DNA of 64,000 bases. Origin: a virus. Below are positions 33,375 to 43,161 of the stretch, piece after piece. Made by a program: the position numbers and the translations under genes. Location of the stretch: the IMG/VR virus record IMGVR_UViG_3300015607_002427. One strand, 5' to 3'. The notes beneath the pieces were generated by a model that was not told where the DNA came from, made no database searches, and saw nothing but the letters and a program-made list of their open reading frames with translations. Every line of letters begins with the position of its first letter. Within the stretch, counting starts at the first letter, position 1.

Positions 33375-33432
33375 ATAGAGCTCCTCTATAAATATTGATG
33401 AAGTGTTGGTCTTTCCAACAGGAATATTTATT
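33375..33432 (-). promoter_or_regulatory. two-hairpin leader (GAAAGAC loop plus SD hairpin) after AATAAATA
   Basis: TGTTG-GAAAGAC-CAACA and TATAGAG-GAG-CTCTATA-TG. Confidence 0.65.
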
Positions 33433-33457
33433 ATATCAAGACTCTACGAGATTGTAC

Positions 33458-33850
33458 ATGAAAATTACAGAAATTCACGAAGTCGACCTTCCTAAGGCTA
33501 TCCACGAGGTTCCACTTTCAAAGGCCGAACAACTAGACGAAGTTCTATTGTTCTTCAGGGAAAATCCAACTGCGAGTCGACAAGATCTTCTAGCTTTAGA
33601 CAAGGCTTTGGGAGTCTCAACCGAGGAAATTGAAAATTTAGAGTTTGAGCTTTGTAAAGCACTTTGTTCAAAGATTGGTAAACACGTCAACCACGGCGAC
33701 GAAACTGTCAACAAAGATGAACTAGAAAAGGGGATCCAACACGAGATGGAGCATACTGATGACCAATACATTGCACGATTGATCGTTCTTGACCATCTAT
33801 ATGAAATTCCCGACTACTATACTCAGTTGGAAAAAATCGACAAAGATTAA
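33458..33850 (+). CDS. DUF5661-like protein
   Basis: GIQHEMEHT.....A..I..DHL.EIPDYYTQL; TATAAATA at 33387-33394. Confidence 0.75.
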   Translation: MKITEIHEVDLPKAIHEVPLSKAEQLDEVLLFFRENPTASRQDLLALDKALGVSTEEIENLEFELCKALCSKIGKHVNHGDETVNKDELEKGIQHEMEHTDDQYIARLIVLDHLYEIPDYYTQLEKIDKD

Positions 33851-33854
33851 AAAG

Positions 33855-33877
33855 AAAGGGAGCTTAAGCTCCCTTTT
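33855..33877. terminator. bidirectional terminator between convergent genes
   Basis: AAAGGGAGC-TTAA-GCTCCCTTT. Confidence 0.75.
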
Positions 33878-33878
33878 G

Positions 33879-34931
33879 TTATTGCTTTGCTGCCTTCGTA
33901 AATCCAGCATCTAACAGTTCGTCTTGGAGATCTAGAATATCTAAATCGCCGTTAATAACCTTGTTTATTTTTTCTAAGGTGTCAGTGACATCCTTGTTCT
34001 TTAGTAAACGTGTGTCACCATTCTTGTCGAACTCGGTGTGTTGACAGATTTTAGGAAGAGACATCAACGGAATCTCTAGCGGGTTGACCGCAAAATACAC
34101 ATTCTTGATGTTGTTGCTTGTCATAGTTTTAGCCAACTCCTTTAGATTTACATTAGGAGTATCAACAACAATTGCCAACAAACCAGACTTGAAGAACTTT
34201 TCTAGCCCCTTATATGACTTGATGTTCTCACCTCGGATGATAAGCTTCCAAATACCTTGAACGTCACCAAAATCTACATTTGGACCAAGCTCAGGATTTT
34301 TACCAAAGTCCAATACGGTCAGTCCAATGTTACCGCCGGCCTTGGCATTGATCATTACTTGGCCTTCATCCATATAGATGTACTTGTCCTGCTTAAATGC
34401 TCCGTCTAGATAAATTCTAAACCCTTCTGGGAATCCTAGTTTCTTCATTCGCTCATCAACGACAGCCATACCATCGTTCTTATAAGAATCTCGTTTTTCA
34501 AACTTGTTTAATACTGATTGCATCGAGCTCTTAAGGTTGGCGAGTAACACCTCAACTGTCTTGGATGGATCCTCTAACTGGGTTGGAGGAAGAGTAGGTA
34601 TTGGTGAAGCGATGAACTGAGAGTTATTGTACCCGCCTCGATTTGCTCGCCTTGCCTGCCCTGTAGCATAGCATGTTATTTGGGTATTACCATCTTCTGA
34701 CTCAAAGTATAAAGTTGCTCTTTTTTCTTGAAGTGCAGATGACTTATAAACAAAGCCATAACTGATAACTTTTTTGAATTCACTTGATGATTTGATTTTA
34801 TTTAACGCGGTACTAATATCGCTTGCGCTGATATTATTGCCTTTTATAAAATCAGAGATAGACGAAGAGTTCTTTTTCTTAGTGAAATCGTATGGTATGA
34901 TGTATGCTTCAAATAATGATGAGAGTTTCAT
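33879..34931 (-). CDS. hypothetical protein, possible internal virion protein
   Basis: MKLSSLFE N-terminus, GTAAATA upstream. Confidence 0.75.
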   Translation of the reverse strand: MKLSSLFEAYIIPYDFTKKKNSSSISDFIKGNNISASDISTALNKIKSSSEFKKVISYGFVYKSSALQEKRATLYFESEDGNTQITCYATGQARRANRGGYNNSQFIASPIPTLPPTQLEDPSKTVEVLLANLKSSMQSVLNKFEKRDSYKNDGMAVVDERMKKLGFPEGFRIYLDGAFKQDKYIYMDEGQVMINAKAGGNIGLTVLDFGKNPELGPNVDFGDVQGIWKLIIRGENIKSYKGLEKFFKSGLLAIVVDTPNVNLKELAKTMTSNNIKNVYFAVNPLEIPLMSLPKICQHTEFDKNGDTRLLKNKDVTDTLEKINKVINGDLDILDLQDELLDAGFTKAAKQ

Positions 34932-35033
34932 GTTTCTATCCCGTTTTGTTTTATCTATTTACAGCTTCATAAGGATTTTTACCCACCAAATAGAAGCTCA
35001 AAAACTGGAGCCGAAGCCCCAGTTTCATACGTA

Positions 35034-36890
35034 TTATTCGAAGTAGGTTACGTTCTTAGCAACCTGTTTCAACTGTTTGCACATTGCTTCAAATGTATGA
35101 CGTGAGTCAAGAATCACGAATACGTTACGATGCTCAGTGATGAGTTTCTTAACGTTCTCAAAGTTTTCACCGTAGAGAATATCGGAGTCTGACATAATTA
35201 GCAAGTTGAATTTCTTTCTAGCTAATTGTTCAATCTCATTGGTGAGCTTATCGCTGAAATTGGTGCTTGATCCAATATGCTTCGAGAACAACTCTTTGAC
35301 GCTACCTGTTTTTTCTTCTTTAGATTTGTCAAAGACTGAGCTTAGTTCCTTATACTTATCTTGGGTGAAGTTACACTTGTAGATGTGATGGCTACCAGAG
35401 AACTTAATCAAGAAGAACTCGCTCTTACGAACATTAGACTTGCTCTTCATTAGGCTATGAAGGTTTGCGTAGACCTTATCGATCACACTGGTCATAGAAC
35501 CTGATGAGTCAACTACAAAGCCCATCTTAATGTCGTTGTCTAATGCAATTTCGCCGGGCTTCATTGCGGCGGTACCGACTTGTCTAGCCAAATCGACACC
35601 AGTGATGTTTCGTCTATGTGGCTTTTGGAAAGTTTCTTCAGTCGCACTGTTTGCATCAGTGACCATCTTTGCTAGAAGCTTTTTCCAAGTAAAAGTCGGA
35701 CGAATCTTAGAATAGTCAAATGTTGAACCTTCACCGTCTTTTCCTCCACTACGACCACCCTTTCCAGATCCAGATCCAGCAGAAGATGACTTTTGCTCAG
35801 GCTTCGGAGCATCTTCTTCCTTGTCAATTTCCTTACCACCAGAAATCTTCTTCTCAATATCTTCGTTGTTCTTATCTAGTTCATCGAATATATCGCCGTC
35901 ACCCTCAGATGACTCATCTTTTTTGTCCTTTGGTTCTCCATCACCTGGCTGGGATTTTCCGCCGCCTTCACCTGGTTCTCCAGGTTCGCCTTGTTCGTGA
36001 TTATCACCCATTCCGTCCATTGCTTGCTGGACTTTTTCCTGTTGGTCTTTGTTTAGCTTGTTGAACTCAGCTTTGACGATGTCATACATTTCTTTGTATG
36101 ACTTTTGTCTGTCGTAGTTAACATGATCGCTGAATAGTCCAATAGGTAATTGTTCAAAACCACTCTTAACGAGTAGATAATTTGTTCTAAAGTCGCCAAC
36201 CCAGTTGATAATCTTTGGGTTTGCCTTAAGCTTTTTCTGGTAGTGGAAGTCAGCATAAGTATAGTGCATGAACTCGTGAATGATCAAGAATTCAATGTAA
36301 GCATACTCATCTGGAATTTCACCACCATTGCTGACATACTTCTTGCCCTTCGGAGTTATTCCTTTAAGGTGAGCATAGTCAATAAGCTTCTGCATGAATG
36401 GCTTACAGAAGATAAATTCTCCAGTTGGAGTAGCCGCTGCCGTGTCAACATCATTGAACTTCTTGTGCTCAGGCTTAGTTGACGGAACAAGGATAATAAC
36501 TGGATTGTAGAGATACTTGTGATCAATGAAGTTACGAAGCGGGAAGAACTGATCGTGCTCAATTTTAATGAAGCGCAACAGTTTAGAGAAAATCTTTACG
36601 TCAAATCGAGGAGCCTTTTCGGCAATCTTATGCTTCTCGATTAGGTCGAAAATCTCTTGCTCTACAATGTTCTTCTTAATAGTGTCATAAAGAATCGGTG
36701 ACTTCTTAGCGATGTCATCAAACTCTTTGATTCGTTCTTCAACCCCCTTAATAAGCTCAGCCTTGTCTATGCCATGCTTATTGACGATCTCGTCGATGAT
36801 CTTTTTAACGTGAGGGTCATCGAGGGAGGTCGATGAAAACTTGACCTCCCCGAATTCTCTACGTTTGTTGTCAAACGCTTCGTTTAGCAT
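35034..36890 (-). CDS. metallopeptidase-like (HExxH) plus vWA domain protein
   Basis: TAAAT...HEFMH, low-complexity linker, VDSSGSM MIDAS motif. Confidence 0.85.
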   Translation of the reverse strand: MLNEAFDNKRREFGEVKFSSTSLDDPHVKKIIDEIVNKHGIDKAELIKGVEERIKEFDDIAKKSPILYDTIKKNIVEQEIFDLIEKHKIAEKAPRFDVKIFSKLLRFIKIEHDQFFPLRNFIDHKYLYNPVIILVPSTKPEHKKFNDVDTAAATPTGEFIFCKPFMQKLIDYAHLKGITPKGKKYVSNGGEIPDEYAYIEFLIIHEFMHYTYADFHYQKKLKANPKIINWVGDFRTNYLLVKSGFEQLPIGLFSDHVNYDRQKSYKEMYDIVKAEFNKLNKDQQEKVQQAMDGMGDNHEQGEPGEPGEGGGKSQPGDGEPKDKKDESSEGDGDIFDELDKNNEDIEKKISGGKEIDKEEDAPKPEQKSSSAGSGSGKGGRSGGKDGEGSTFDYSKIRPTFTWKKLLAKMVTDANSATEETFQKPHRRNITGVDLARQVGTAAMKPGEIALDNDIKMGFVVDSSGSMTSVIDKVYANLHSLMKSKSNVRKSEFFLIKFSGSHHIYKCNFTQDKYKELSSVFDKSKEEKTGSVKELFSKHIGSSTNFSDKLTNEIEQLARKKFNLLIMSDSDILYGENFENVKKLITEHRNVFVILDSRHTFEAMCKQLKQVAKNVTYFE

Positions 36891-39460
36891 TACTTGATAC
36901 CCTTGATCAATTGAGCGATTTTGATGTTGAACTCTAGTAGCTCGTCCATGTAGTCAGCACCATGCTTTTCTTTGATGTGCTTCAATGCTTCACGAACCGC
37001 CAAGCGAATGATTTCGCGGTGATCGTTAGATAGCTTATGGATTTCGATTGCGTTGATCATTTCGCGGACTAGGTGTTCAAACTTAGAAACTTCTTCGTCT
37101 TCGAATTCGATCTGATCGTTCTTAACGACCTTACCCTTATGCTTCTTATCGATCAACTTGTCCTTGACATCCTCGTCCTTCTCGAATTGGGCAAGTAAGA
37201 AGCCAGATAGCTCTTCCTTGAACTTCTGAGGATCGTGGTTCTCAATGAAGCTTACGAAGTCCATGTCATCTGCTAGGTGAGCATTGTCGTCAGGATTCTG
37301 GAAGAACGAGCCAAGGATTGAGCCAACGTCTACAGTCTTAGCCTTCTTGTAGTACAAGCCTTCGCCGAAGTCAATCTCGTTTGAGTGTAGGAACCAATCA
37401 TGTAGATCGCTCAAGAACTCTGGAGACTGAACTTGTTGCTTAGTGAAGATGTTAGATAGCTTATGCTTGAAGGAGTCATATAGAGATGTACGTAGCTTTG
37501 CTTCAGTCTCAGCGATCTCGTCATTGCTCATATCAGCCACGTTCTTGCGCTTCAATAGGCGATTGAACTTTTGGTCGAAGTCGATAACCGCGTTACCATA
37601 AAGGTCTGAGTATTCACGAGGAGAGATGTAAACAGGTTGTGCGCCAATATCTAGATAGAAAGGCTTCTGAGAGTTCTTGATCTGGCTAGAAGAGGTTTTG
37701 ACGCGGAACTTGTCAGAGAACTTCATTAGAACGTCATACACGACTTCCTTAGACTTCTCGTTCTTTAGAGAAGTAAATGGCATGTTCTGTAGATACTTCT
37801 TAGTCTTCTCGAAGTCTGCCTTAGAATCGATAACGTCAACAACGTCACGCATGTGATGGGTCATTTCACCAGCACCGTGGTCTTGTGGGTTAATCGCAGA
37901 CATGATGACTGAGCCCTTTGGAAGGTCATAACCGCCGCCAAAGGATTTTTCGAGTAGTAGACGACGGATACCGTTGAAAACCTTAGTGGAGTTACGGTTC
38001 AATTCGTCGAAGAAGATTAGGTACTTCCACTCGCGATCTTGATATTCTTTGATTGCCTTCTTAGCTTCGTCACCCTTTAGCTTGTGCTTCAAGAACTCAA
38101 TGTGGTCCTTATCAGCTTCAGCAATATCCTTCATGATCTGATGGAATAGGTTTGGCTCGGAGAACTGGGTCTCGATCTTCTTCTTGTCATTACCCTTTGG
38201 AAGAGGTAGACCAACTACGTCTTCTGGGTTCAAGTTGGAACAGTCGATGTAGATGTAACGAAGGTCGAGGTCCTTAGCGATCTTGGTTGCGTGGGTAGTC
38301 TTACCGATACCTGGAGCGCCGGAGATAATTGGAATGTACTTACGATGCTCACCAAGCTTCATCTTCTGCTTGATTTGATGCTCAAGAGTATCTTGCCATT
38401 CTTCATCAGCATTCTCTTCAGTAGAAGAAATTTCGATGTTGGAGGTCTCTTTGATGAGCTCAGCAACTGCGTCAAGAACCTTGCCAGCTAGGACTGATTT
38501 TTCACCAGTCATGTAGTTCTTGAAGTTCGCCTTGATGTTGGTGAGTAGGCTCTTTGCTTCCTTTTCATTCTCAACAGGTAGAGAGCTGTTGACGTAAAGT
38601 AGAACTTGTTCCCAACGACGTGGAGAGGTACGAACCTCATGGTTCATGTCGTTGTGGTTTAGCTCTTCTTCCTCTAGAATGTCGTAGAATTTCTGAACGA
38701 CTTTGGTGTTAAGCTTAACCTTCTCATCCTTTTCGAACTTAGCAACTAGCCATGCGAACCAATCATCCTTGTTAGGAGCAGCAAATTCGATTTCATGGAA
38801 GTCGTTGTTCAAAGGAATGTCTTCAACACCCTCGTCATTGATGTTGGATGCGTAAATGATGAACGCGTCAGATGGAATGTCGTGTGAGCCGATCTTGTTG
38901 TTCAAGATACCACGAAGCATGTTACGAATCTTTGGAGAAGTCTGGCGGAAGTATTCATCCAAGAATAGGATTACTTTGGTCTTCTCGCGAACTTCAGCGA
39001 TGTCTTCTGGGATAGTATTCTTGTCACCACCTAGTTCTTCAAACACTTTGATGACGTCAGAAGGCGCACGATAGATCGCCTTAAGATACTGGTCGTCAGT
39101 AATCTTCTTGACAGACTTTAGCTTGGAGTAAAGGTTGGAGTCGGATAGGACTACCTTGAAGTCGCTTACGTCGAAATCAGTTGCGCCATTCTCTTCACGC
39201 TTTGTCACCGGATCATACACAATGAATGGGATATTGATGATATGTTCTTCAGTGATATGGGGTGCTTCGATGGTGATCAGTTCGATACCAGTAAGCAATG
39301 AGAAGAAGCGAATGAATGAGGTCTTGCCTACGCCTGGGTCACCGGCTAGTAGGATGCCAGACTTACCGACAGATTGTGCTCTAGCCTTCATATTGGCTAG
39401 AATCTTTTCAGAAATGTCGATACGTTGGTCGAATGATGCTGAGGATGCGTTGAATTCCAT
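36890..39460 (-). CDS. tandem AAA+ (MoxR-like) ATPase
   Basis: Two modules: GDPGVGKT/LFLDEYFR/SPRRW and GAPGIGKT/IFFDELNR/SPREY. Confidence 0.88.
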   Translation of the reverse strand: MEFNASSASFDQRIDISEKILANMKARAQSVGKSGILLAGDPGVGKTSFIRFFSLLTGIELITIEAPHITEEHIINIPFIVYDPVTKREENGATDFDVSDFKVVLSDSNLYSKLKSVKKITDDQYLKAIYRAPSDVIKVFEELGGDKNTIPEDIAEVREKTKVILFLDEYFRQTSPKIRNMLRGILNNKIGSHDIPSDAFIIYASNINDEGVEDIPLNNDFHEIEFAAPNKDDWFAWLVAKFEKDEKVKLNTKVVQKFYDILEEEELNHNDMNHEVRTSPRRWEQVLLYVNSSLPVENEKEAKSLLTNIKANFKNYMTGEKSVLAGKVLDAVAELIKETSNIEISSTEENADEEWQDTLEHQIKQKMKLGEHRKYIPIISGAPGIGKTTHATKIAKDLDLRYIYIDCSNLNPEDVVGLPLPKGNDKKKIETQFSEPNLFHQIMKDIAEADKDHIEFLKHKLKGDEAKKAIKEYQDREWKYLIFFDELNRNSTKVFNGIRRLLLEKSFGGGYDLPKGSVIMSAINPQDHGAGEMTHHMRDVVDVIDSKADFEKTKKYLQNMPFTSLKNEKSKEVVYDVLMKFSDKFRVKTSSSQIKNSQKPFYLDIGAQPVYISPREYSDLYGNAVIDFDQKFNRLLKRKNVADMSNDEIAETEAKLRTSLYDSFKHKLSNIFTKQQVQSPEFLSDLHDWFLHSNEIDFGEGLYYKKAKTVDVGSILGSFFQNPDDNAHLADDMDFVSFIENHDPQKFKEELSGFLLAQFEKDEDVKDKLIDKKHKGKVVKNDQIEFEDEEVSKFEHLVREMINAIEIHKLSNDHREIIRLAVREALKHIKEKHGADYMDELLEFNIKIAQLIKGIK

Positions 39461-39469
39461 GGTTCTACC

Positions 39470-39703
39470 TTAGTCCAAATTTACGATTTTCTTGAATGCT
39501 TTTGGGTTGCGCTTCTTGAGCTGTTTAAGGATAAAGCGATAGTCGCCATATTCATGCTCACCAGCCCCAAACATTGGTAGAACCATTTCGATTTCAGGAT
39601 CGTTGTCTAACTCGACAACATTCTTCTTTGATTCTAACACAGCCTCGGCAGCTTGTAAACTGTCTTGTTCTTTGATTTTTTCGTTGAGTATTTGCTTAAG
39701 CAT
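39470..39703 (-). CDS. small hypothetical protein
   Basis: MLKQILNE start below ATAAATA motifs. Confidence 0.6.
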   Translation of the reverse strand: MLKQILNEKIKEQDSLQAAEAVLESKKNVVELDNDPEIEMVLPMFGAGEHEYGDYRFILKQLKKRNPKAFKKIVNLD

Positions 39704-39774
39704 GAGGGTCCCCAAAATGGTTATCATGTATTTATGAATGAAGTATTTATTCGATTCAAAGGGACCACGCAATA

Positions 39775-39800
39775 AAAAAGAGGCCCGAAGGCCTCTTTTT
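39775..39800 (-). terminator. intrinsic terminator
   Basis: GAGGCC-TTCG-GGCCTC-TTTTT. Confidence 0.8.
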
Positions 39801-39821
39801 CAAACATCAAGGGAAGTGATG

Positions 39822-40403
39822 TTAGCGGAGTTTCATCGGACCGCTTTCCTTGCCGTTCTTGTAGATTTCTTGAACAGCGTCAGTAACGATCGGCTTGAAC
39901 TTGGACATATCGACCTTCGGGAAGCCAGCGATACGCAACCACATGCCGCGCCAGAAGAGACCTTGTTCGGCTTCGTATTGGCGACGGACGTCGATCATCT
40001 TAGTTTGGGAGTTCTTGAACTCGTCGCGGTAGGATTCGATCAGTTGCTGAATCTTCTTGTACATGGAAGAATCGAGAGCAATATCATGCTCCTTTAGCCA
40101 TTGGAAGGTAGCCTTGGAGCCGTCCTTGCCGTAGCGGCCTTGTACATCGGCAGAAATGATTTCCTTGAAATCGTCCTTGTACATGGCCGGCACTTGAGCC
40201 GCTTCCATTACCTTTTGCTGACCTTGAGCCAGAATATTCTGGTTGTTGTCGTACTCAGCATTCAGTTGCGCTTCGATACGAGCACCATAGTTGTTGGCAC
40301 CAATATAGGAAGTTGCGGCAACCAACAGAATCACGAGGATAAAGCCAACAAAGCCGAGACCGACAATAGCACCCGTGGAAATTGCACCGTTTTGATTTTT
40401 CAT
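39822..40403 (-). CDS. LemA-like membrane-anchored protein
   Basis: N-terminal TM, helical body, GRYG and terminal W..IAGFP pattern. Confidence 0.6.
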   Translation of the reverse strand: MKNQNGAISTGAIVGLGFVGFILVILLVAATSYIGANNYGARIEAQLNAEYDNNQNILAQGQQKVMEAAQVPAMYKDDFKEIISADVQGRYGKDGSKATFQWLKEHDIALDSSMYKKIQQLIESYRDEFKNSQTKMIDVRRQYEAEQGLFWRGMWLRIAGFPKVDMSKFKPIVTDAVQEIYKNGKESGPMKLR

Positions 40404-40420
40404 GTGTAAAGCTCCTTAGA

Positions 40421-40531
40421 TTAGAGGGAATTGAGAATCAGTTGCTTAGCAAACGGCCAAATGACCGAACCAAGAATAGCGATGATTGCCAGAACGATCA
40501 GCAATTCAATCAGCGTAAAACCTTTTTGCAT
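40421..40531 (-). CDS. 36-aa type IV pilin N-terminal-helix-only peptide
   Basis: MQKG|FTLIELLIVLAIIAILGSVIWPFAKQLILNSL; GAGG RBS; own early promoter. Confidence 0.8.
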   Translation of the reverse strand: MQKGFTLIELLIVLAIIAILGSVIWPFAKQLILNSL

Positions 40532-40565
40532 CGTTGTTACCTCTTTATGAAAGTTGGTAAAGTGA

Positions 40566-40593
40566 ATTATATCAAATTTCCAAAATTTGTAAA
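40566..40593 (-). promoter_or_regulatory. sigma70-type early promoter
   Basis: TTTACA-N16-TATAAT. Confidence 0.7.
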
Positions 40594-40703
40594 CTGATTT
40601 TTAAAAAATACCTTTAATAGCGCCAGCAAGGATTACTAATGCTCCAGTTGAAAATAAAACCGCAACACTTGCAACAATTACAGCACCAGACCATTCAATG
40701 ATT

Positions 40704-40925
40704 TTACTTGGGGACATATGATTCTCCAAAATTCAGTCCAACGGGGACAACTTCCCATTCACCGTCATCGGGATGATGCGGATGCTTATTGAACTTTTTA
40801 CACCAAGCTTCTGCCTGGCCCTTAGTGTAAAGCTTAGGAGTCGCACCACTTGTTCCACTAGCACCCTTGTACCAATGGGATTTAGTGGTTCGAATCATGT
40901 ACATCGGTTTATCAATGTAGCACAT
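40704..40925 (-). CDS. hypothetical protein
   Basis: ORF in gene run. Confidence 0.6.
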   Translation of the reverse strand: MCYIDKPMYMIRTTKSHWYKGASGTSGATPKLYTKGQAEAWCKKFNKHPHHPDDGEWEVVPVGLNFGESYVPK

Positions 40926-40927
40926 AA

Positions 40928-41503
40928 TTAGAACGTAAAGATTGCAATCAGACCAGCGACCAAAACGATGCCATAAGCAAACAACCAGCCAGCGGCATTA
41001 CTGTCGTCAATCGCAATTGGTTCAGATTTTTCGACAACGTAGTTACCGAAAAAGTTCTTAACTTCCTTGCTATAGGTGATCTTGCTCGGATAAGCTCGCG
41101 CAACCATGTGGCGGATAATAGCGATACCAACAATCCAAATCATGATACCACCAAATACGTGGATCAATTGGGCACCAATCATATGCCAAACAATCAGCAT
41201 CATAGTGAGTTGACCAACCGGAGTCGTTGCAAAGTCATTGACCGCAACACCTACTTCTTTAGCTGCGCCAGCAAGACCTTGACCGATATTTGAGCCGATC
41301 TTGACCCACTTCTCAACTTTGTCTTCAGTCATGGATGGTATGACGTCTTTCTGTGATGCTTTGTCAGCAACCATCTTGATAACTTCGGCCTTTTCAGCTT
41401 CAGATAGCTTGCTAAAGCCCGCCGAATTTACTGCATCAGACGTGTTTCCTGCCCAAGCAGAAACAGAAACCATCATCAAAATTGCTACAAAAAACTTCTT
41501 CAT
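40928..41503 (-). CDS. membrane protein with signal peptide
   Basis: AWA signal cleavage site and several TM segments. Confidence 0.75.
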   Translation of the reverse strand: MKKFFVAILMMVSVSAWAGNTSDAVNSAGFSKLSEAEKAEVIKMVADKASQKDVIPSMTEDKVEKWVKIGSNIGQGLAGAAKEVGVAVNDFATTPVGQLTMMLIVWHMIGAQLIHVFGGIMIWIVGIAIIRHMVARAYPSKITYSKEVKNFFGNYVVEKSEPIAIDDSNAAGWLFAYGIVLVAGLIAIFTF

Positions 41504-41515
41504 GTTTTACCTTTC

Positions 41516-42625
41516 TTAGCGGAATCGATAGCGACGATTGTAGACCATCGCGGTTTTGTTGAAGTAGATAACAGTGCCAACGTTGCCAGCAATCAGCAGA
41601 ATAAAAGCAAGAACCACGACCCAAGTCGGCGGCTCAATTTCATTGTCGAGATATTCAAAGTCCTTCATGCTCTTACGCTTGAAATCAGCTAACGTAGTCG
41701 TGCGAATCGCTTCAATGATTGCAGGCCGATCAATATTTTCCATTTCTTGGAGAGTATCGCGAAGTTTGACCTTGAAAATCTCCTTGTCCGTCCAGCTCAT
41801 AACGCGAACAAAATCGATCTTCGGATATTCTTCAGTTCCAATGATTACTACGATGTCATTCTTCTTACCACCAAGCCAGGCCGAGCGCAAAGCATATTCA
41901 TAGTTTGGATCATTAGTCTTTACGAAGACGACAATCACGTTCGCTTGCTTCTGCGGACCAAGCTGCTTGAGGATGTTAGAAATATCGTTAGACCACGCCT
42001 GAAGATCAGGTACCGGGACACCGACAGTCAGCGCACGATTAAGGCGGTAGTAGTCATAAACGTTATGCGGATATGCAGGAATCATGTTGGCAAATTTTGC
42101 CGACGTCATGTTCTGGGCAGTATTGAGAACACTTTCCGGAACAGCTTTGATGTAGTTTGTATGGAGATGTTCTTTGGAGAATGGCTCACCCTTTTGGACT
42201 GCAGCCCACCGAGGGGGAGTATGAACGCCTTGACGATCTACACGATCGATTGTCGTATCACCGATGTTGGAGTGAACTACCCAATCATAATCGTGCATGT
42301 GCTCATAGCAAGTGTCACATGAAGTAGAGGTGGAACAAGATCGATTTGAGCCTGAACCAGAACATGAGGTAACTTGCTTACAGTTGCAGGAATAAGAGTG
42401 GGAACAGGAAACTTGTTCTTGTTCCTTACCAGTTACTTCGCCATTCCAGACTTCTACATCGATAGTCTTTCCTGCTTTACCGGCATAGAACGCAGCAGAA
42501 GAAATCAAGAGTCCTACGCCTGCAAGAATCGCGATAACCTTCCATTCGAGGTCCTTCTTGACGGCCTTGACGACCAGTGGAAGAACAATTGCAGCGATAA
42601 GCATTGAAACCAGCGTAATATTCAT
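41516..42625 (-). CDS. membrane protein with Cys-rich periplasmic segment
   Basis: Two N-terminal and one C-terminal TM; CSHSYSCNC...CDTCYEH. Confidence 0.8.
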   Translation of the reverse strand: MNITLVSMLIAAIVLPLVVKAVKKDLEWKVIAILAGVGLLISSAAFYAGKAGKTIDVEVWNGEVTGKEQEQVSCSHSYSCNCKQVTSCSGSGSNRSCSTSTSCDTCYEHMHDYDWVVHSNIGDTTIDRVDRQGVHTPPRWAAVQKGEPFSKEHLHTNYIKAVPESVLNTAQNMTSAKFANMIPAYPHNVYDYYRLNRALTVGVPVPDLQAWSNDISNILKQLGPQKQANVIVVFVKTNDPNYEYALRSAWLGGKKNDIVVIIGTEEYPKIDFVRVMSWTDKEIFKVKLRDTLQEMENIDRPAIIEAIRTTTLADFKRKSMKDFEYLDNEIEPPTWVVVLAFILLIAGNVGTVIYFNKTAMVYNRRYRFR

Positions 42626-42663
42626 CGTAGCTCCTTAGTTAGATAGGAGAATTATATCACGAT

Positions 42664-43158
42664 TTACTGGAAAAGTAACCAGTTTTTGAATGTTGGTTGA
42701 TTGAAAAAACAAGAATCTGGAGTATCTTCAAATTTAGAAGGCCTTACTGAAATATCTTCCAAAGCCCACATTCCATCTATTCGAACCACGTTATTCGGTA
42801 GATTTGTTCCACATAAAACAAATACGTTGTTTCCTTTACGGCATTCACTTTCCCAAAATATGTTTTCTCTTGAGGAACAAGTCCAAGTTGCGGAATTTTC
42901 GCTTCGAGTTTTTATATCGAAGTATGATTTTGAACCATTAGAGTGGGTGATGACGAAATCATACGGCGCATATTTGTCTGAAGTTTCGATAGATTCTTCT
43001 GGCAGCAATGAAGATTTCAACCACGCTTCAAACACTTCGTAGATCTGTTTTTCTGCGCTTATTCCCTGTTTTCTATGTGCTGGCCAATTAGGGTTGTATT
43101 CATCTGTTCGAAGATTTAAATGCTTTTCGCTTATTGTTATTGTTAGTCCTGCTTGCAT
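42664..43158 (-). CDS. putative PD-(D/E)XK nuclease-like protein
   Basis: G..AE...PYDF...FDIKT...S.RE pattern. Confidence 0.55.
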   Translation of the reverse strand: MQAGLTITISEKHLNLRTDEYNPNWPAHRKQGISAEKQIYEVFEAWLKSSLLPEESIETSDKYAPYDFVITHSNGSKSYFDIKTRSENSATWTCSSRENIFWESECRKGNNVFVLCGTNLPNNVVRIDGMWALEDISVRPSKFEDTPDSCFFNQPTFKNWLLFQ

Positions 43159-43161
43159 TTC

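Noticed and set aside
40601..40703. Hydrophobic open frame (IEWSGAVIVASVAVLF...)
   Set aside because: No in-frame canonical start codon or RBS was found, so it is not called.
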